Assembly: GCA_963707985.1 (NCBI GenBank)
Contig: CAVPRW010000029.1
Coordinates: forward strand, 64,001 to 128,000
DNA: 64,000 nucleotides
Reading direction: 5' to 3'
From: an uncultured Nitrospinota bacterium
GTDB taxonomy: Bacteria; Tectomicrobia; Entotheonellia; J063; CAVPRW01
A program made the translations under genes and the position numbers. How positions within the stretch are numbered: the first letter of the stretch is position 1; every line of letters starts with the position of its first letter. The notes under the pieces were generated by a model. It was not told where the DNA came from and ran no database searches. It worked only from the letters and a program-made list of their open reading frames with translations. Positions 50,933 through 61,350 of this stretch are shown here, piece after piece.

Positions 50933-52612
50933 TTACAGCTCCAGCGGTTCTTCGTATTCGCCAAACACTTCTTTGAGGGTGTTGCAAATTTCGCCCACGG
51001 TGGCGTAAGCCTTGGCGGCGTCGATCAGCGGAGGCATCAGGTTAGCTTTATCGACGGCGGCTTTGCGCAATGCCTCGAGCGCGCTCTGCCAACGCGCCTG
51101 ATCGCGGCTGGCGCGCAGTTCTTGCACACGCTCGATCTGGTGCTTCTCAACGGTGGGGTCGATCACCAGGGTTTCCAGCGGCTCTTCTTCGTCCATGACA
51201 TACTCGTTGACCCCAACAATCACCCGTTCTTTGCGCTCGATCTCCCGCTGGTACTGCCAGGCCGCCTCGCGGATCTCTCGTTGCGGGAAACCGGTCTCGA
51301 TGGCGCGGATCATGCCTCCCAACTCATCGAGCCGACGAAAATAGTCGCTCGCCGCCGCTTCCATGCGGTTGGTCAGTGCCTCCAGATAGTACGAACCACC
51401 GAGCGGATCCACGACATTGGTGACGCCGCTTTCATGGGCGATGATCTGCTGCGTCCGCAAGGCGATGCGGGCTGCCAGCTCGGTGGGCAGGGCATAGGCT
51501 TCATCAAGCGCATTGGTGTGCAGGGATTGGGTGCCGCCCAGGACACCTGCCAGCGCTTGGATGGCCACACGCACCACATTGTTATAGGGCTGCTGGACCG
51601 TGAGGCTTTCACCGCTGGTCTGTGTATGGAAGCGCAGCCGTAGTGAGCGTTCGTCTTTCGGCTGAAAGCGCTTTTGCAGTTCCTGCGCCCATAGCCGTCG
51701 GGCCGCACGATACTTCGCGATCTCTTCGAAAAAATCGTTGTGCGCGTTGAAGAAAAACGACAACCGGGGGGCAAAATCGTCGATGTCCAGCCCAGCCTTG
51801 ATGGCCTCCTCGATGTAGGTAAAACCATCGTACAGGGTGAAGGCCAGCTCTTGAGCTGCCGTGGCGCCGGCCTCGCGGATGTGAAAGCCACTGATGCTGA
51901 TGGTGTTCCAGCGCGGCATATGCTCGGTACACCAGGCGATCATATCGGTGATGATGCGCATTGACGGCCTGATGGGATAGATCCACTCTTTTTGGGCGAT
52001 GTACTCTTTGAGAATGTCATTTTGCAAGGTCCCGCCGACGGCGGCCAGTGGCACGCCTTGCGCCTCAGCCACAGCCACATACATCGCCAACAACACCGCG
52101 GCCGGGGCATTGATCGTCATCGAGGTGGTCACCTCTCCCAGCGGGATACCCTCGAACAGCGCCTCCATGTCGCGTAATGATGCCGCAGACACCCCGCATT
52201 TCCCGACCTCCCCGGCTGAGAGAGGATCGTCGGGATCGCAGCCCATCAGTGTCGGCAGATCGAAGGCGACACTCAGCCCTTTGTTGCCCTGCGATAGGAG
52301 GTATTTGTAGCGTCGGTTGGTGTCCTCTGCCGTGCCATACCCGGCAAAGAGGCGCATAGTCCATAGTCGGCCGCGATACATGGAGGCATGTACGCCGCGG
52401 GCGTAGGGAAACTCGCCGGGGAATCCCAGATCACGCTCATAGTCGAAGTCGCGCAGGTCCGCAGGCGTATACACCCCCTGCAGCTCAATGCCGGAGGTAT
52501 TCTTGAACACCGGTTTACGCTCAGGCAGACGGCTGATCGCTGGCCTCAGCGTCTGCTCCTCCCAACGGGCCTTGTCGCGCTTCAAGTGATCTGCGTCCTC
52601 GCTAGACGTCAT
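50933..52612 (-). CDS. icmA: B12-dependent acyl-CoA mutase large subunit, isobutyryl-CoA-mutase type
   Basis: [20 protein letters not shown] (Phe where MCM has Tyr), [13 protein letters not shown] (Gln where MCM has Arg), GGTQSLHTN. No B12-binding domain. Confidence 0.8.
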   Translation of the reverse strand: MTSSEDADHLKRDKARWEEQTLRPAISRLPERKPVFKNTSGIELQGVYTPADLRDFDYERDLGFPGEFPYARGVHASMYRGRLWTMRLFAGYGTAEDTNRRYKYLLSQGNKGLSVAFDLPTLMGCDPDDPLSAGEVGKCGVSAASLRDMEALFEGIPLGEVTTSMTINAPAAVLLAMYVAVAEAQGVPLAAVGGTLQNDILKEYIAQKEWIYPIRPSMRIITDMIAWCTEHMPRWNTISISGFHIREAGATAAQELAFTLYDGFTYIEEAIKAGLDIDDFAPRLSFFFNAHNDFFEEIAKYRAARRLWAQELQKRFQPKDERSLRLRFHTQTSGESLTVQQPYNNVVRVAIQALAGVLGGTQSLHTNALDEAYALPTELAARIALRTQQIIAHESGVTNVVDPLGGSYYLEALTNRMEAAASDYFRRLDELGGMIRAIETGFPQREIREAAWQYQREIERKERVIVGVNEYVMDEEEPLETLVIDPTVEKHQIERVQELRASRDQARWQSALEALRKAAVDKANLMPPLIDAAKAYATVGEICNTLKEVFGEYEEPLEL

Positions 52613-52637
52613 ACAGAACCCCTCGGCCAGGGTGGGA

Positions 52638-53816
52638 CTAGATGGACTCTACCACCATTGCCACCGCTTCCCCACCAGCTAGACATAATGAAGCGACGCC
52701 TCGACGGGCGCCACGACTGCGCATCGCATACAGCAACGTGGTAAGCACACGTGCCCCGGAGGCACCCACGGGATGTCCCAGGGCGACCGCGCCACCGTGT
52801 ACGTTGACACGGTCGGCACCGATTCCGAGCTCACGGTTGACCGCCAACGACACGGCGGCGAAGGCTTCGTTGATCTCGAACAGATCGATGTCGCCGAGCC
52901 CAAGACCGGCCCTGGCCAATACCTTCTTGATTGCACCCGCCGGGGCGGTAGTGAACCATTCCGGCTGTTGGGCATGGGTGCTATAGGCCACAACTCGTGC
53001 CATCGGTTGCAAGCCCATCTTGTCGGCGACGTCACGTCCGACGACTACGACAGCGGCAGCGCCGTCATTGATGCTGGAGGCATTCCCCGCAGTGACTTTG
53101 CCATCCTGCTTGAAGGCTGGAGTGAGTTGCGGCAGTCTTTCGAAATTCACTCGCGTGGGCTCTTCATCATGCTCCACCAGCAACGGCTCCCGCCTGCCCT
53201 GTGGAACCTGAACCGGTAAAATCTCCTCCTTGAACAGTCCCTCGCGTTGGGCCTTGATGGCCTTTTGATAGCTGTTCATGGCGAACGCATCCAGTTCCTC
53301 GCGGCTGAGCTGATAGGTGTCGGCACAGAGCTCGGCGCAGTTCCCCATATGGCAATCGTTGTAGACGTCGATGAGGCCATCTCGGAGCAGACTATCGAGC
53401 AATTGGCCATGCCCCAGACGATAGCCAGAGCGCGCTTTGTCGAGGAGATACGGCGCCTGCGTCATATTCTCCATACCACCCGCGACAACGATGTCGGCAT
53501 CGCCGCACATGATGGCTTGCGCCCCTAACATGACCGCTTTTAACCCTGAGCCGCACATTTTGTTGATGGTCAATGCTTCCACCTTCTCGGGCAGACCAGC
53601 ATAGATACTGGCCTGCCGAGCTGGGGCTTGTCCCAGTCCGGCAGCGATGACGTTTCCCATGATGACTTCATCGACCGCTTCCTTGGGGATGGCGGCCCGT
53701 CGGGTGGCTTCGGCCACGACCAGAGCCCCGAGCTTGGTGGCAGAGATGCTGCTCAATGCCCCGCTAAGTGAGCCGATGGGCGTTCGCACGGCGCTGACAA
53801 CGACGACCTCTCGCAC
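52638..53816 (-). CDS. Acetyl-CoA C-acetyltransferase (thiolase)
   Basis: GTG at 53816 after [41 protein letters not shown]. Confidence 0.94.
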   Translation of the reverse strand: MREVVVVSAVRTPIGSLSGALSSISATKLGALVVAEATRRAAIPKEAVDEVIMGNVIAAGLGQAPARQASIYAGLPEKVEALTINKMCGSGLKAVMLGAQAIMCGDADIVVAGGMENMTQAPYLLDKARSGYRLGHGQLLDSLLRDGLIDVYNDCHMGNCAELCADTYQLSREELDAFAMNSYQKAIKAQREGLFKEEILPVQVPQGRREPLLVEHDEEPTRVNFERLPQLTPAFKQDGKVTAGNASSINDGAAAVVVVGRDVADKMGLQPMARVVAYSTHAQQPEWFTTAPAGAIKKVLARAGLGLGDIDLFEINEAFAAVSLAVNRELGIGADRVNVHGGAVALGHPVGASGARVLTTLLYAMRSRGARRGVASLCLAGGEAVAMVVESI

Positions 53817-54194
53817 GATGGCTCTCCTTCTCGTGATGATCTGCTCGACGACCGGAGTGTTCGCCACTTGGGCACACATGGTACCACTCAGTATCGTATC
53901 ATCCTTTGCGTGAGCGGGCAATGGGGAACGAGCGGCAGAGGTGTGCAGGACCGGCATTGCGGCAGAGATGAACAAACAATCGTTCGGTAAAAGTATTCTG
54001 ACGAACGGGGGTGCAGCCTGTCAAGCTAAATCATGAGCTACGCGAAAAGGGTTGACCGACAGGCCACTTCGTGTAAGATTGGCAATAGTCGATCGGTGCG
54101 CTGTCGATGCGCCGTTTTTTTGCGAAGCCGACCATGACGCATTCGAGCCCGAGCGCGTGTTGGGGATTGTGATGCAGCTCCGGAGAGGGGGTCC

Positions 54195-54458
54195 ATGAGC
54201 GAATCTATGCAACCCGCCAAAACCCTGGATGTGCGTGGCGAACATTGCCCGTACCCGTTGATTAAAGCCCGACAAGAAATCCTCACGCTCAATGCCGGCG
54301 ACATCCTCAAGGTGGTGGCGACAGATCGTAACTCCCTGGGGGATATTCAGGGTTGGGCGAAATCGGCCAAAGCCGTGCGTCTGTTGCGCCAGGATACTGA
54401 AACGGATGACCAAGGCCGCGAGGTGTACATCCACTATTTGACACGTGCGCCGTCATAA
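54195..54458 (+). CDS. TusA/SirA family sulfur carrier protein
   Basis: LDVRGEHCPYPLIKA (CPxP motif). Confidence 0.88.
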   Translation: MSESMQPAKTLDVRGEHCPYPLIKARQEILTLNAGDILKVVATDRNSLGDIQGWAKSAKAVRLLRQDTETDDQGREVYIHYLTRAPS

Positions 54459-54534
54459 ACCCTCTGCCTGCCGTCATTTGGGTCGGTTCCACGGCGCAGA
54501 ATGACTTGGTTGAGAGCTGTCGAGGAGATTTCTC

Positions 54535-55737
54535 ATGATTAAGGCCTTTTCGACCCTTTTCGCTGGCCACGTGGATTTCGAAGACAAGGGTCAATACGCC
54601 ACACCGGTCAATGAGCGCTGGTACTCGAACGACCACCTCGTCACGGTCTTCGACAAGACTCAGGCCATGGCTCAGCTCATGGATGAGCTGGGGTATGACA
54701 TCTTATGGTATGCCGAACATCACTTTCAACGTGAAGGGTATGAATGTCTCCCCAATCTGTTAATGTTAAGCGTGCATCTGGCGCACGTGACTAAACGCCT
54801 GAAGTTCGGCTGCGGCTTCAACATTACGCCGATGTGGCATCCGTTGCGGCTCGCCGAAGACTTTGCCGTGGCGGATTACTTGACCAACGGACGGGTGATC
54901 TTCGGAGTTGGCCGCGGCTACCATACGCGTGAGGTGGAAACACTGGGCGGACCACTGCTTGACGCCGAGGCCAATCGCGAGATTTTCGAGGAGCAGGTGG
55001 ATATCATCTTCAAAGCGTTTCATCAAGAGTCATTTTCACATCAGGGGAAATACTACACGCTACCACCTCGGGTCCCCTATCGCGGCTACGAGCTTGAAGA
55101 GATTACCCTGGTGCCGCGCCCGTTGCGCCGTCCTGTCGAATGCTGGCAGCCGATCGTGAGCTCCACACCACGAGGTCTGGATTTCATGATCAAGCATCGC
55201 ATCAGGGGCATCATCGGCGGTGGCTCGGCGTTGATGGCTGAGGCGCCTATATACGCCTATCGCGAGGCAGCTCAACGAGCTGGCATCGACCTCAAGCTTG
55301 GCGAAGACCTGTGTATCGGTGTGTCATTTCACCTTGCCGATACACGCGAAAAGGCGATGCGCGAAGCCACGCCGTTCTACGAGGAGTATGTCAAAATGTT
55401 TGGCCCGCTGGGGTTCGTGCGGGGATTAACCCCCGAGCAGGTTACGGCCATTGGTCGCCGTGGCGGTTGGGCCGAGGCGCGCATTCCCACATTGGAAGAT
55501 GCGGTTAAAGCCGGATCGTGGTACTGCGGGCCCCCTGAAGGGTTCATCGATTACCTGAAAAGTATGGAAGAAAAGTATCCAGGCTTGGAATACGTGAATG
55601 TCGCCTCTAGCAGCGTGGGCACACCCACGAAGGTCATTCTTGAGCAGCTGAGCTGGTTTGCCAAAGAAGTGATGCCGGTGTTCAAAGCGACGCCAGCCAA
55701 GCCACTGGAAGTAGGGGCCTCGACCACGGGGCGATAA
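54535..55737 (+). CDS. LLM-class (luciferase-like) flavin-dependent oxidoreductase
   Basis: W.AEHHFQ.EG, WHPLRLAED.A..D.LT.GR..FGVGRGY, F.KEVMP.F. Confidence 0.9.
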   Translation: MIKAFSTLFAGHVDFEDKGQYATPVNERWYSNDHLVTVFDKTQAMAQLMDELGYDILWYAEHHFQREGYECLPNLLMLSVHLAHVTKRLKFGCGFNITPMWHPLRLAEDFAVADYLTNGRVIFGVGRGYHTREVETLGGPLLDAEANREIFEEQVDIIFKAFHQESFSHQGKYYTLPPRVPYRGYELEEITLVPRPLRRPVECWQPIVSSTPRGLDFMIKHRIRGIIGGGSALMAEAPIYAYREAAQRAGIDLKLGEDLCIGVSFHLADTREKAMREATPFYEEYVKMFGPLGFVRGLTPEQVTAIGRRGGWAEARIPTLEDAVKAGSWYCGPPEGFIDYLKSMEEKYPGLEYVNVASSSVGTPTKVILEQLSWFAKEVMPVFKATPAKPLEVGASTTGR

Positions 55738-55880
55738 GTGGCAGTTTCTCCCTCCGGTGCGCTGATGGAACAGCGCTGCACATCGTCGGGCGATGCCCGC
55801 GGAGGGTAGGCCGTTCGGGAGGGGCAGGCATGATAGATGCGACCCTGAGTTACCGTAGACGCTTGCACACTATCATCGTC

Positions 55881-56988
55881 ATGGCTCTGATAGGAGTGCT
55901 CTGGTTCAGGGTTTTTGAGCCTGCCATCCGAGGTCTTCGCCCAAGGTTTCACGATCATGAGTGAGAGTGGCGAAATCGAAACCGGGAACAAATTGGACGA
56001 CGAGATCGGCAATAAGATGGGTTTCTACACTGAGCCCAAGATGCAGGCCTACGTCAGCGAAGTGGTGCGGCGACTGGTGCGGGCCGGTAATCCGCGTTCA
56101 TTCGAATATCGCGTCAAAATCGTCGATATAGGCGAGGAAAACGCTTTCGCGACGGTGGGTGGACATGTCTACATCACGCGCGGAATGCTGGCACAATTGA
56201 GCAGCGAGACAGAATTGGCAGGAGTGTTGGCCCACGAAATTTCCCATATTTCTCACCGTCATGTGGCGAAACAACAGACGCGCGCGCTCGGCTATCAAAT
56301 CCTGGGCTTGGGGGCCATCGCTCTGGGGGCCACGATGGGCAATGCTGACAATAATCTTGGGATGGCACCGCTGGGTGTGAGTGCCGCCCTAGCGACGATC
56401 TTAAGCAGCTACAACCAGGAGGCGGAGCTGGAGGCCGACGAGTCAGGGCTGCTGATGATGGCCCAGGCGGGCTATGACCCGCGTGGGCTCTCCTCATTTC
56501 TGCGGAGCCTGCGAACCCGAGAGCGTTTGACCGGTTTAGGGTATCACGGGCTACTGGCGACCCACCCTGAAACGGCGGCACGCATCGCCAAGGCTGAGAC
56601 CATGGCCCAGTTACTCGTATCGCAGCAATCATTTCGGGACTCTGGCGAAGAGGTTTATAAAAAACAACTTGTGGGGCTTCCCTTCGGGCCGCGCCACGAC
56701 CGTCTGCACCTCGATCTGTATCGCGTGGAGGAAGGGGAAACGATCGGCAGCATTCGGGAGAAAGTCATGTCCCCCGAGGATACGGCTTGGGAGGTCGCGC
56801 GCCTGAATCGCCTGCGCGGCAATGACTCGCTCCAAGCCGGCATGGTGCTGAAAATTGTCGTGTCCGACGGCCGACCGGTGGTCCTGCCTCGGCGCCAGCT
56901 CGATATCACTGAAGGTCGCCCCCTGCCGCCGCCGCCTCCTCTGGCCCTCCCCAACAGGCGCCCACAAGGACCGTACAGGGGGAGATGA
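55881..56988 (+). CDS. M48 family zinc metalloprotease with C-terminal LysM-like segment (probable frameshift in the signal peptide ~55905)
   Basis: ENAFA..GG, ELAGVLAHEISH, ELEAD, THP....RI; YRVEEGET...VARLN.L.....L.AG..LKIV. Confidence 0.85.
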
Positions 56989-57004
56989 TGGCCAGCGTGA
57001 AGTC

Positions 57005-57706
57005 TTAGGCATAGCCCCGGACTTGCTGCCACACCTGCTTTAACTTCGCGATGGTAAAGTCCGAAGCCTGGCAGGCATCGATGAGGGGACGCTCCCGAGC
57101 CTCCACCTTAGCCACGGCCTCGGGAATTTCTCGGGCGATAGACATCGGGATGCAGGCGACTCCGTGCTGGTCGCCATGGACGATGTCCCCAGGTTTCACC
57201 ACCATGCCCCCGACTTTCACCGGGCTCCCGAAATCAACCAGATGGATGTACGCATGTGAGACCAGGATGCAGGAAGCGAAATAGTAGAAACCCATGGCGC
57301 GGACTTCGTCGAGGTCGCGGACGCCACCATCCGTAACCGTACCGATGCAGCCCAGTGCTTTATGGATGCTGCCGTTGACTTCCCCCCACATGGATCCGAT
57401 GGGCTGCCGATCGAGATCCTGCACGACGACCACTCGTGGTTCGGGAATCGTGGCGATATAATCCCACCAATCCGGACGCGACACCTCTCGGCCAGCCGCT
57501 GGCGGCAACTCGGCCCTGATGGTACAGGTCACCGCATAGCCAACCATGGTCCCCAGCTCGGGGAGAATACAGCGGATGTCTGGTGTCATGAAACCGGTGT
57601 TCCGTGGCTGAATATTGAACACTTCAATGGCGTTGGCAATGGTTGGAGTGGTAATGTTGCGCAGCGCCTCAAGCTCGTGTTTCGACAGTTGTTCCGGCAT
57701 CAACAA
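57005..57706 (-). CDS. RraA / HMG-aldolase family protein
   Basis: TPTIANAIE, VGYAVT, WGEVN, VTDGGVRD, PGDIVHGDQHGV. Confidence 0.88.
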   Translation of the reverse strand: MLMPEQLSKHELEALRNITTPTIANAIEVFNIQPRNTGFMTPDIRCILPELGTMVGYAVTCTIRAELPPAAGREVSRPDWWDYIATIPEPRVVVVQDLDRQPIGSMWGEVNGSIHKALGCIGTVTDGGVRDLDEVRAMGFYYFASCILVSHAYIHLVDFGSPVKVGGMVVKPGDIVHGDQHGVACIPMSIAREIPEAVAKVEARERPLIDACQASDFTIAKLKQVWQQVRGYA

Positions 57707-57817
57707 CCTCCTTGGACGAGATCACGCAAGACCGCAAGCATCGGACATCCGGCAAGCGGCGCTATTATACACGATTTTGCGTACTGGCGTGGGCAGCGAT
57801 GGACGGAGGGGATGAAC

Positions 57818-58246
57818 ATGCTCGACTGGTCACCACAAGTGCGGGAGTTTGTGCAGGCACATCGCGTCGCCCGGTTGGCGACGGTTGATGACGCCGGAAA
57901 ACCGTTGGTACTGCCGATCTGCTACAGCGTGGCTGGTGAGACGTTGTATTCTCCGACCGATGCGAAGCCCAAACGGGTGCCTGTCCAACGCCTCAAGCGC
58001 TTGAAGAATATTCGGAAGAATCCATATGTCGCGCTGGTGATCGATGACTACAGCGAAGACTGGACAGAGTTGTCCTATGTGATTTTGCACGGTCGCGCGG
58101 AGATCCTCACTGACGGGTCGGCCTTTGAGCGGGCGATCATGGCCCTGCGTGAGAAGTATCCTCAGTACCATCATATGCCTATCCAGGAAAATCCCATGAT
58201 CGCGGTACACCTCGAGCGGGTGGTGAGTTGGGGTGCTGTGAGCTAG
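57818..58246 (+). CDS. PPOX-class putative F420-dependent oxidoreductase (Rv0121-like)
   Basis: RVARLATVD..G.P...P.C, D.KPK...LKRL.NI..NP.V...ID.YSEDW..L, L..KYPQY. Confidence 0.85.
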   Translation: MLDWSPQVREFVQAHRVARLATVDDAGKPLVLPICYSVAGETLYSPTDAKPKRVPVQRLKRLKNIRKNPYVALVIDDYSEDWTELSYVILHGRAEILTDGSAFERAIMALREKYPQYHHMPIQENPMIAVHLERVVSWGAVS

Positions 58247-58262
58247 CCGATTCTTCCCCGTA

Positions 58263-59190
58263 TCAGACGATGTCCTCTCCCACCCAGGAGCATAGGCGCC
58301 AGGAAAGTGCCTGGCTGCCTGTCGGCCCTGGATGCGGGACTTGCCCGTCCGCATGCTGCCGCACCCTAGTCTGTAGGTTGCTCAGAATCACGCCCTTCGC
58401 GGCTTCGTTGGACGGCGCCGGTGACCGAGGCAGGATCGCATAGTTCCAAATCTCAGAGCACTGCTTATGGGTGACATCGATGAGGCGGCGGAGGATCGGG
58501 TCCTGCGGGGAGAGACCGCTGAACAGCCCTTTATGGCTCTCGATCAGGCCGATCTGCGTGAGATTCGACCAGCGGTAGGGATCAGCGTACTCGGTGCGGT
58601 ACTCGTCCTCGCTGAAGACGAAGCTTCGGGTGTCGCTGTCATTTGCCAGCAGTGCGAGCTTAAAGAAATCGCACACAGGTGGGGCACCGTGGACGTGGTA
58701 GGACGGGAGACTACTGCGTGGTGGCTTGTTCTTCCTGGATCGGACGGTGGAGCATGGCACAGCCTCCTAGCGCAGCCGCTCCTCAACGATTTCGTCGTAG
58801 TTACAGTTAACGGTGGCTTGGACACCCCTGACATCGCGATGCTAGCGAGTCAGAGCGGCGATGGCCTAGAGGAGAGGGGAAGTCAGCAGCTGGATCTCTC
58901 CAGGCTTGTCCAATCGTCGAAACCCTCCCCCGAAGATTCCGCCCTGATGGCCCGCAGGGTCGCAGGTTCCGGAGCGACACTCGCGGTGCCGCGCCTCCCC
59001 TCGGCGAGCGCGTCGTCGAATGGGCTTCGCCTTCGGAGCAGCGCTCTCAGTATCGCCCTCAGGGATATTGGACGCCTCCGGCGTCGCTGGCGTTGCGGTG
59101 GGAGCGTCCGACCTTGGAGAGGCGGGCTCAGCAGAGGGCGCGTCGTGAGGACGCTCCCGCCTCCGGCGGTCGGCCTGTTGGGTTGTCACG
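58263..59190 (-). pseudogene. Degenerate SIR2-like domain protein (integron-cassette gene)
   Basis: VQATVNCNYDEIVEERLR-TAG(58767-58769)-EAV...LPSYHVHG...VFSEDEY...PYRWSNLTQ...LFSGLSPQDPILRRL. This matches the SIR2_2 pattern TxNYD...HxHG...LFxGxSxxDxxxR. The 5' part is broken. Confidence 0.7.
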
Positions 59191-59216
59191 CACCTGCCTC
59201 TTTCACGGTCGTCTAC

Positions 59217-59279
59217 GCCCAACGCGGCGCCTGAGCCGCGCGCCGCTTGTTGCGCGTCGGCTCCATGCGCTGGTTGAAC
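59217..59279 (-). other. Integron attC-like recombination site 1
   Basis: Minus strand: GTTCAAC-CAGCGCA-TGGAGCCGAC...GCGGCTCA-GGCGCCGC-GTTGGGC. RYYYAAC/GTTRRRY boxes and paired L arms with two extrahelical bases. Confidence 0.8.
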
Positions 59280-60643
59280 TATGCGCTGCGCGCAGTTGGG
59301 CACGGCCCACCCCTGAGTGACGCCTCCTCAGGCGGTCGCGAGCCCAGTAGACCGCTCCTTCCGGTGCGCTCCATCACCCACCTCAGAGGCGGGATCGCCA
59401 TGACCGCGCGGCGCCAGCGCATGCTCGAGGGCCTTCAGCTCCGGGGCGTGTCTGCACGTACCCAGGCGCGAGACGTCAGGGCCGTACGCCGACTGGCGGA
59501 GCACGCTCCCAAGTCCCCAGACGTGAGCACCGCGGAAGCACTCCGCCAGGAGTTCCGGGACCTCACGCCTGTCAAGCCGTCCGCTCGGAGCGCCAGCACG
59601 ATGGCACGGTGCGGCCTCACGTGCGGCTGCGCGTCCACCCTCCACCGCGACTGGACTCCCCGCAGCTGTGTGCGCGCCCCGCGCGCGAACAAACGGCCAG
59701 TGCTCTTGAGCCTCGAAGCGGTGCGAACGCTGCTCGGCCGTGGGCGCCTGGGGGCCTTCCCGCCCAGACGGCCTGGTCCACGTCACCCCCCAGTCGGGAC
59801 GCTTCCGCGCGACGTTCCGCGCGTCCCGACAACCGACCGCCCTGTGCCCGCTCGTCGAGGCCCACGTCTGGCACACGGACGGGGTCGTGCCCTGCGCGCC
59901 CGTCGGCCGTGGCGCGGCCGCCTTCCGAGACCTGGCCCCGTCCAGCGTGCGCGTGGCCCTCCGCCACACCCATGTCCTCACGCGGGAAGAGGGCCACGGC
60001 ACGTTGCCGGACAAGGACGCGGCCACGGCTCCGGTCACCACCTCGACGGTGCCTGCCGAGGCGGTCCGGCGCCGGTTGCTGCCGCACCGTCCGCTCGGAC
60101 GGCGTCCTGAGCCCTGGGAACCGGCCGGTGCTCACCCGGGTCAGCCCCTGCCGCGGTGCCACCACCGTCGCCACCGCCACCCCGGGTCACCAGCCCGATG
60201 TCACCGCCGCGCCCCAGGCCCGTGAGGCCCCGCGGGGCCCCACGTGCGGAACCCGCGTGATACGGCGTGCACCACTCAGGCCCAACACGCGCTCCCCACC
60301 TGGCTCATGCCCCCCCAGGCGCTCTGGCGCTGCGCCACTCGGGCAGGCGCCACCGGCCAGGTGCCGCGTCCACAGATCGTGGCGCTCGTGGGCTCACACA
60401 GCCTCCGCACCGGGGGCTCGCGAGGCCTCACGGACCGCGACTCCTGCACGCCTGCACGGTGCATCCGCCCTCCCCTGGGCGCATGCCTGCTCGGTGTGCT
60501 CCACCGTGGCGATCACCCCGCGCCTGGAGCAACCGCTCCCCATCCCCTCACGCCGTTGTTCACACGCCACGATCGTCCCCCCCGGCTTCGTTCCACCCCG
60601 CCTTGGGTGGCGGGCCTTGCGCCACACGAATGCGTCATACGTT
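59276..60643 (+). mobile_element. Decayed, internally deleted element: tyrosine recombinase + IS91-type (Y2/HUH) transposase
   Basis: ATG 59400 gives MTARRQRMLEGLQLRGVSARTQ...KRPVLLSLEAVRTLL (integrase N-terminal SAM-like domain). It is joined to ...VW.TD.VV.C.PVG.G..AFRDLAP...RVAL...(V)PAEA.RR.L.H (IS91 transposase C-terminus). Bounded by GTT at 59273-75 and 60641-43. Confidence 0.8.
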
Positions 60644-60736
60644 CGGCCAAGCTCTGACAAAAGGGTACGAGTATTTGTCTTGCTGCGTATGCCGCTGCAA
60701 AAGGCAACCACTCCATGACAGCCGTGCGCCTACCGA

Positions 60737-60958
60737 CTACTCTTCAAAGAGGGTCCGTAAGAGCCCAGATTGGCGAATGATCGATTGCAAGGTGCCAATA
60801 CGCAGTTCCTCATGGTCGGGCACCGGCACGGTGATTGTGGAGCCCTCGATCTTCTTCTGCATACTGATATGGCTGCCACGGTGTCGGACCTGGACAAACC
60901 CATGTTCCGCAAGGATTTTACAGAGCTCACGACCTGACAGCACCCGCCATCTACCCAA
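60737..60958 (-). CDS. hicA: HicA family mRNA-interferase toxin
   Basis: [13 protein letters not shown].......GSH...[19 protein letters not shown]. Confidence 0.9.
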   Translation of the reverse strand: MGRWRVLSGRELCKILAEHGFVQVRHRGSHISMQKKIEGSTITVPVPDHEELRIGTLQSIIRQSGLLRTLFEE

Positions 60959-61178
60959 CCGCAACCTCTAAACGCGTCACAAAGACTTCACTATGGAGCC
61001 GGGGTCGGACTTCGGACGGCTCCGCCGTTTCAAAGAACAGTTCGATGGCTTCCACCAAATTGCGTCGTGCCTCTTCTAGCGTTCGCCCTTGACTCGCGAT
61101 ATCCAGTTCGGGACACAAGGCGACATAGCCGTCACCCTCTCGTTCTATAATGCCAGTAAACTGCTGGAGTTGTTTCAT
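60951..61178 (-). CDS. hicB: Short HicB family antitoxin
   Basis: ATG at 61178 after [46 protein letters not shown]. Confidence 0.9.
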   Translation of the reverse strand: MKQLQQFTGIIEREGDGYVALCPELDIASQGRTLEEARRNLVEAIELFFETAEPSEVRPRLHSEVFVTRLEVAVG

Positions 61179-61265
61179 CGCATTTTCCTTTGCTAAGGGC
61201 GACGTAAGAGACACAAGAGGTGTGAGTTTCAACTCTAGCGGATTATCCCATTCACTTGGATCGGG

Positions 61266-61350
61266 GCCTAACAACGGCGTCCAGCCGACTGGAAATAGCG
61301 TCCGCTCCTCCGTCGCTCCCACTGTTCTCCGCGCCTGAAGCGTGGCGTTG
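61266..61350. other. Integron attC-like recombination site 2, interrupted at its GTT/AAC by an IS110 end
   Basis: GCCTAAC-AACGGCG-TCCAGCCGAC...GCGCCTGAA-GCGTGGC-GTT, then GATATGACTTCCGATGTCAAG instead of RRRY. Confidence 0.75.

Noticed and set aside
48661..55737. moaD-moaE, tusA and the LLM gene as one novel sulfur-transfer pathway
   Set aside because: They are separated by unrelated, oppositely oriented genes, and nothing in the sequence links them.
58767..58769. In-frame TAG in the SIR2-like gene as pyrrolysine or read-through
   Set aside because: The gene has other lesions and degenerate motifs, so simple pseudogenisation is more parsimonious.
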